64,000 bases of DNA from Paracoccaceae bacterium (GTDB lineage: Bacteria > Pseudomonadota > Alphaproteobacteria > Rhodobacterales > Rhodobacteraceae), in assembly GCA_965229765.1 (NCBI GenBank), contig CBDDJT010000003.1:967311-1031310 (forward strand), given 5' to 3'. Of the stretch, positions 62,196 to 64,000 are shown piece after piece. Both the position numbers and the translations under genes were made by a program. The notes beneath the pieces are model-generated. The model made no database searches. It worked only from the letters and a program-made list of their open reading frames with translations, and was not told where the DNA came from. Every line of letters starts with the position of its first letter. The stretch's first letter is position 1.

Positions 62196-63215
62196 CTAGC
62201 GCCCCTTGTGATCGCGCCAGACGCGGCGCAGCGGAAAGGCAAGCAGGATGGCGATGCCGATCATCGTCAGCATGGCGCTGGCAGAGGCGCGGCTGATCGC
62301 GCGCGACCCGGTGCCGTCAGGCAGGAGGAAGTCATAAGTCAGCCATTGCAGCGAGATCACATGCGCGCTGGCCGAGAAGCCGACGATTTCCTCGAACACG
62401 CGGTAGGCGTCCATCAGGTGGATGATGGTCACGAAGACCACCAGCGGCATCAGGTGCGGGATGATGACGTAGCGCAGGCGCTGGAACCGGGTGGCGCCGT
62501 CGATCAGCGCGGCCTCGACCGCGTCCTGGTTGACCGTTTGCAGCCCGGCGTAGAACACCACGAAGGCAAAGGGCGCGACGTGCCAGACGCGGTAGAGATA
62601 CATCATCAGCTCGATCGTCCAGCCCTGCGCGAACATGGCGATGTCGCGCCCCGTCCAGGATTCGAGCGCGGCGGTCAGGATGCCGTCGCCGATGAAAAGC
62701 CAGCGGATCGACAGCGCCCCGATCACCGGCGTGATGATGAAGGGCAGCAGAGAGATGAAGATCACCGGCCCCTTGATCCGTTGCAGCGTGTTGTTGACCG
62801 CCAGCGCGATCAGAAGCCCGGTGCCGATCACCAGCGGCAGGGTCAGGATGGTGAAGACGAGCGTGAAGCGCAGCGCCGACCAGAAGCGCAGGTTCATCAG
62901 CTGGTCCCAGCTGCCGGCATCCAGCGCGGCGCGCAGGCGGTCGGGTTCCAGCACGTTGCGATAGCTTTGCAGGCCGACGAAGGTGGTTTCGGTGATGATC
63001 TTGCCGTTGTCGTCCAGCAGCGGGCGGATCTGCATTTCGGTGGTGCAGATCTGCGAGGGGAAACCGGGGGTGCAGGTCTCGACCTCGACCTGCTGATAGA
63101 TGGGTTGTGTCAGGTGAAAGCTTTGCCACAGCACCGAAACGAGCGGCGCCGCGATGAAGAGCAGCATCATGAGCACCGAGGGGCCCACGAAGATCATGAA
63201 GGTCTTGCGTTTCAC
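62196..63215 (-). CDS. Carbohydrate-type ABC transporter permease (MalF/UgpA-like)
   Basis: The EAA loop is VEAALIDGATRFQRLRYVIIPHLMP. The start is GTG 63215. Confidence 0.8.
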   Translation of the reverse strand: MKRKTFMIFVGPSVLMMLLFIAAPLVSVLWQSFHLTQPIYQQVEVETCTPGFPSQICTTEMQIRPLLDDNGKIITETTFVGLQSYRNVLEPDRLRAALDAGSWDQLMNLRFWSALRFTLVFTILTLPLVIGTGLLIALAVNNTLQRIKGPVIFISLLPFIITPVIGALSIRWLFIGDGILTAALESWTGRDIAMFAQGWTIELMMYLYRVWHVAPFAFVVFYAGLQTVNQDAVEAALIDGATRFQRLRYVIIPHLMPLVVFVTIIHLMDAYRVFEEIVGFSASAHVISLQWLTYDFLLPDGTGSRAISRASASAMLTMIGIAILLAFPLRRVWRDHKGR

Positions 63216-63283
63216 GCGCGCTGTCTCCTGACGGGGTGGCGGGCGGCCCGCAGGGGGCCACCCGCCCTGTCACAAGCCGGGCC

Positions 63284-64000
63284 TTACTGAAGCAGGCCCT
63301 TTTCCTTGGCGTCGGTGACGTAGGCGGCCTCGATGTCGGCCAGTGTCGTCGCGGCGTCCTTGGAACCGGTCAGGTAGGCGGCAAGCCCCGCCCCGAGCGC
63401 GTTGTGCATCGAGCCGATGTGCTTGTTCATCGGATAGGGTGCGGCCATGCCCGAGGCGAAGGTGTCCGCGGCACCCACGGCGGCATCGCCGGGGGTAAAG
63501 CCGGGGGCCAGCCACAGCGCATCGTCATTGTGGGCGGCGATTTCCTCGGGGGTCATGGAGGCCACGATCATCTTGAAGGCGGCTTCTGCCTCTTCGTCCG
63601 AGATGTTCTTGGCGATGGCCCAGCCGTCCCACCAGACGGTGGCCGACAGCGCCTCGGCGCCCATCAGCGCCTTGGCCATGACGATCTGGCCGGGAACAGA
63701 GCTTTCGGCCGGGTCGTTCACCGCGCCGGCGCGCGAGGCCCAGAGGTTGGCCATGGCGATGTCACCCTGCTGAAGCTGCTTGGTGACGAAGGTGGTGTCG
63801 GACACGAGGTATTCCGGGTCCATCAGTTCTGCGAGCGCGGCCATGCGTTCCAGCACGGCGACACCCTTTTCGTTGTTGATCGACGGTGTCCAGTCGGCGT
63901 TGAAGAACGCGCCGCCCTCGCCGAGGTAGTGGTTGACGAAGACGAAGGCGAGGTTCCAGCCGTCCATGAAGTAATGGCCGATCGGATAGTCCACGACGCC
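63284..64000 (-). CDS. Extracellular solute-binding protein (family 1, sugar-type ABC), C-terminal part; the gene continues beyond the right edge
   Basis: The frame is open to the window end and the gene sits directly upstream of the two permease genes. The sequence pattern is periplasmic-binding (WDGWAIAKNISDEEAEAAFKMIV). Confidence 0.65.
   Translation of the reverse strand, partial: GVVDYPIGHYFMDGWNLAFVFVNHYLGEGGAFFNADWTPSINNEKGVAVLERMAALAELMDPEYLVSDTTFVTKQLQQGDIAMANLWASRAGAVNDPAESSVPGQIVMAKALMGAEALSATVWWDGWAIAKNISDEEAEAAFKMIVASMTPEEIAAHNDDALWLAPGFTPGDAAVGAADTFASGMAAPYPMNKHIGSMHNALGAGLAAYLTGSKDAATTLADIEAAYVTDAKEKGLLQ

Noticed and set aside
1-64000. Mobile elements, integrases, tRNA/rRNA genes, prophage or plasmid-transfer genes
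   Set aside because: None of the translated frames I inspected shows DDE transposase, tyrosine/serine recombinase or phage structural motifs. I saw no tRNA-like T-arm consensus (GGTTCGAATCC type) outside coding sequence. A covariance-model scan (tRNAscan/Infernal) would be needed to exclude small RNAs rigorously.

Overview
GC-rich window with Rhodobacterales-like proteins (the taxon is an inference from protein flavour). It is densely coding: about 53 protein genes. I saw no rRNA, tRNA, CRISPR array, transposase or integrase. The supplied ORF track is full of long Arg/Ala/Pro-rich shadow ORFs, so calls rest on recognisable motifs, RBS/start context and stop-start coupling. All coordinates were hand-counted. 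No GC content, database search or fold prediction was run.

Layout:
(1) 1-14.5 kb: the 5' part of a giant repeat adhesin on the minus strand (not in the ORF track), with ten near-identical 351-bp units. Around it sit a divergent CHASE2 class III adenylate cyclase and a minus-strand run of membrane cNMP-binding protein, DUF3307, TolC, T1SS ABC and HlyD.
(2) 14.5-31.9 kb: housekeeping and accessory metabolism. This includes MFS, Zn-ADH, GST, CMD, P450, pirin, an RTX-tailed GDSL hydrolase, a TRAP transporter with cyclase and OsmC, MpaB, rpe, a sulfatase, a decayed USP and a class III aminotransferase.
(3) 31.9-37.9 kb: an orphan module. It holds an animal-haem-peroxidase-like protein that appears to have lost both haem histidines, a PAP2/vanadium-haloperoxidase-like protein starting with an (Asn-Thr-Ser)x11 repeat, an atypical leaderless S8 subtilase-like protein, and a convergent wHTH-TPR regulator.
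(4) 38-49.5 kb: an AraC-controlled aldehyde cluster (two ALDH, Liv-type ABC transporter, SDR), then flotillin.
(5) 49.5-64 kb: a second sulfatase, a roughly 8-kb translationally coupled operon rich in NTF2/SnoaL-like paralogs with an embedded LacI regulator and a matching operator-like palindrome, and a sugar-type ABC transporter.

Two dispersed non-coding repeat families stand out. One is a set of TTCGAA-centred perfect palindromes with covarying arms. The other is 11-bp-period GCCGACGNNNN tandem repeats at three intergenic-type sites, one of them inside an apparent C-terminal extension of livF.
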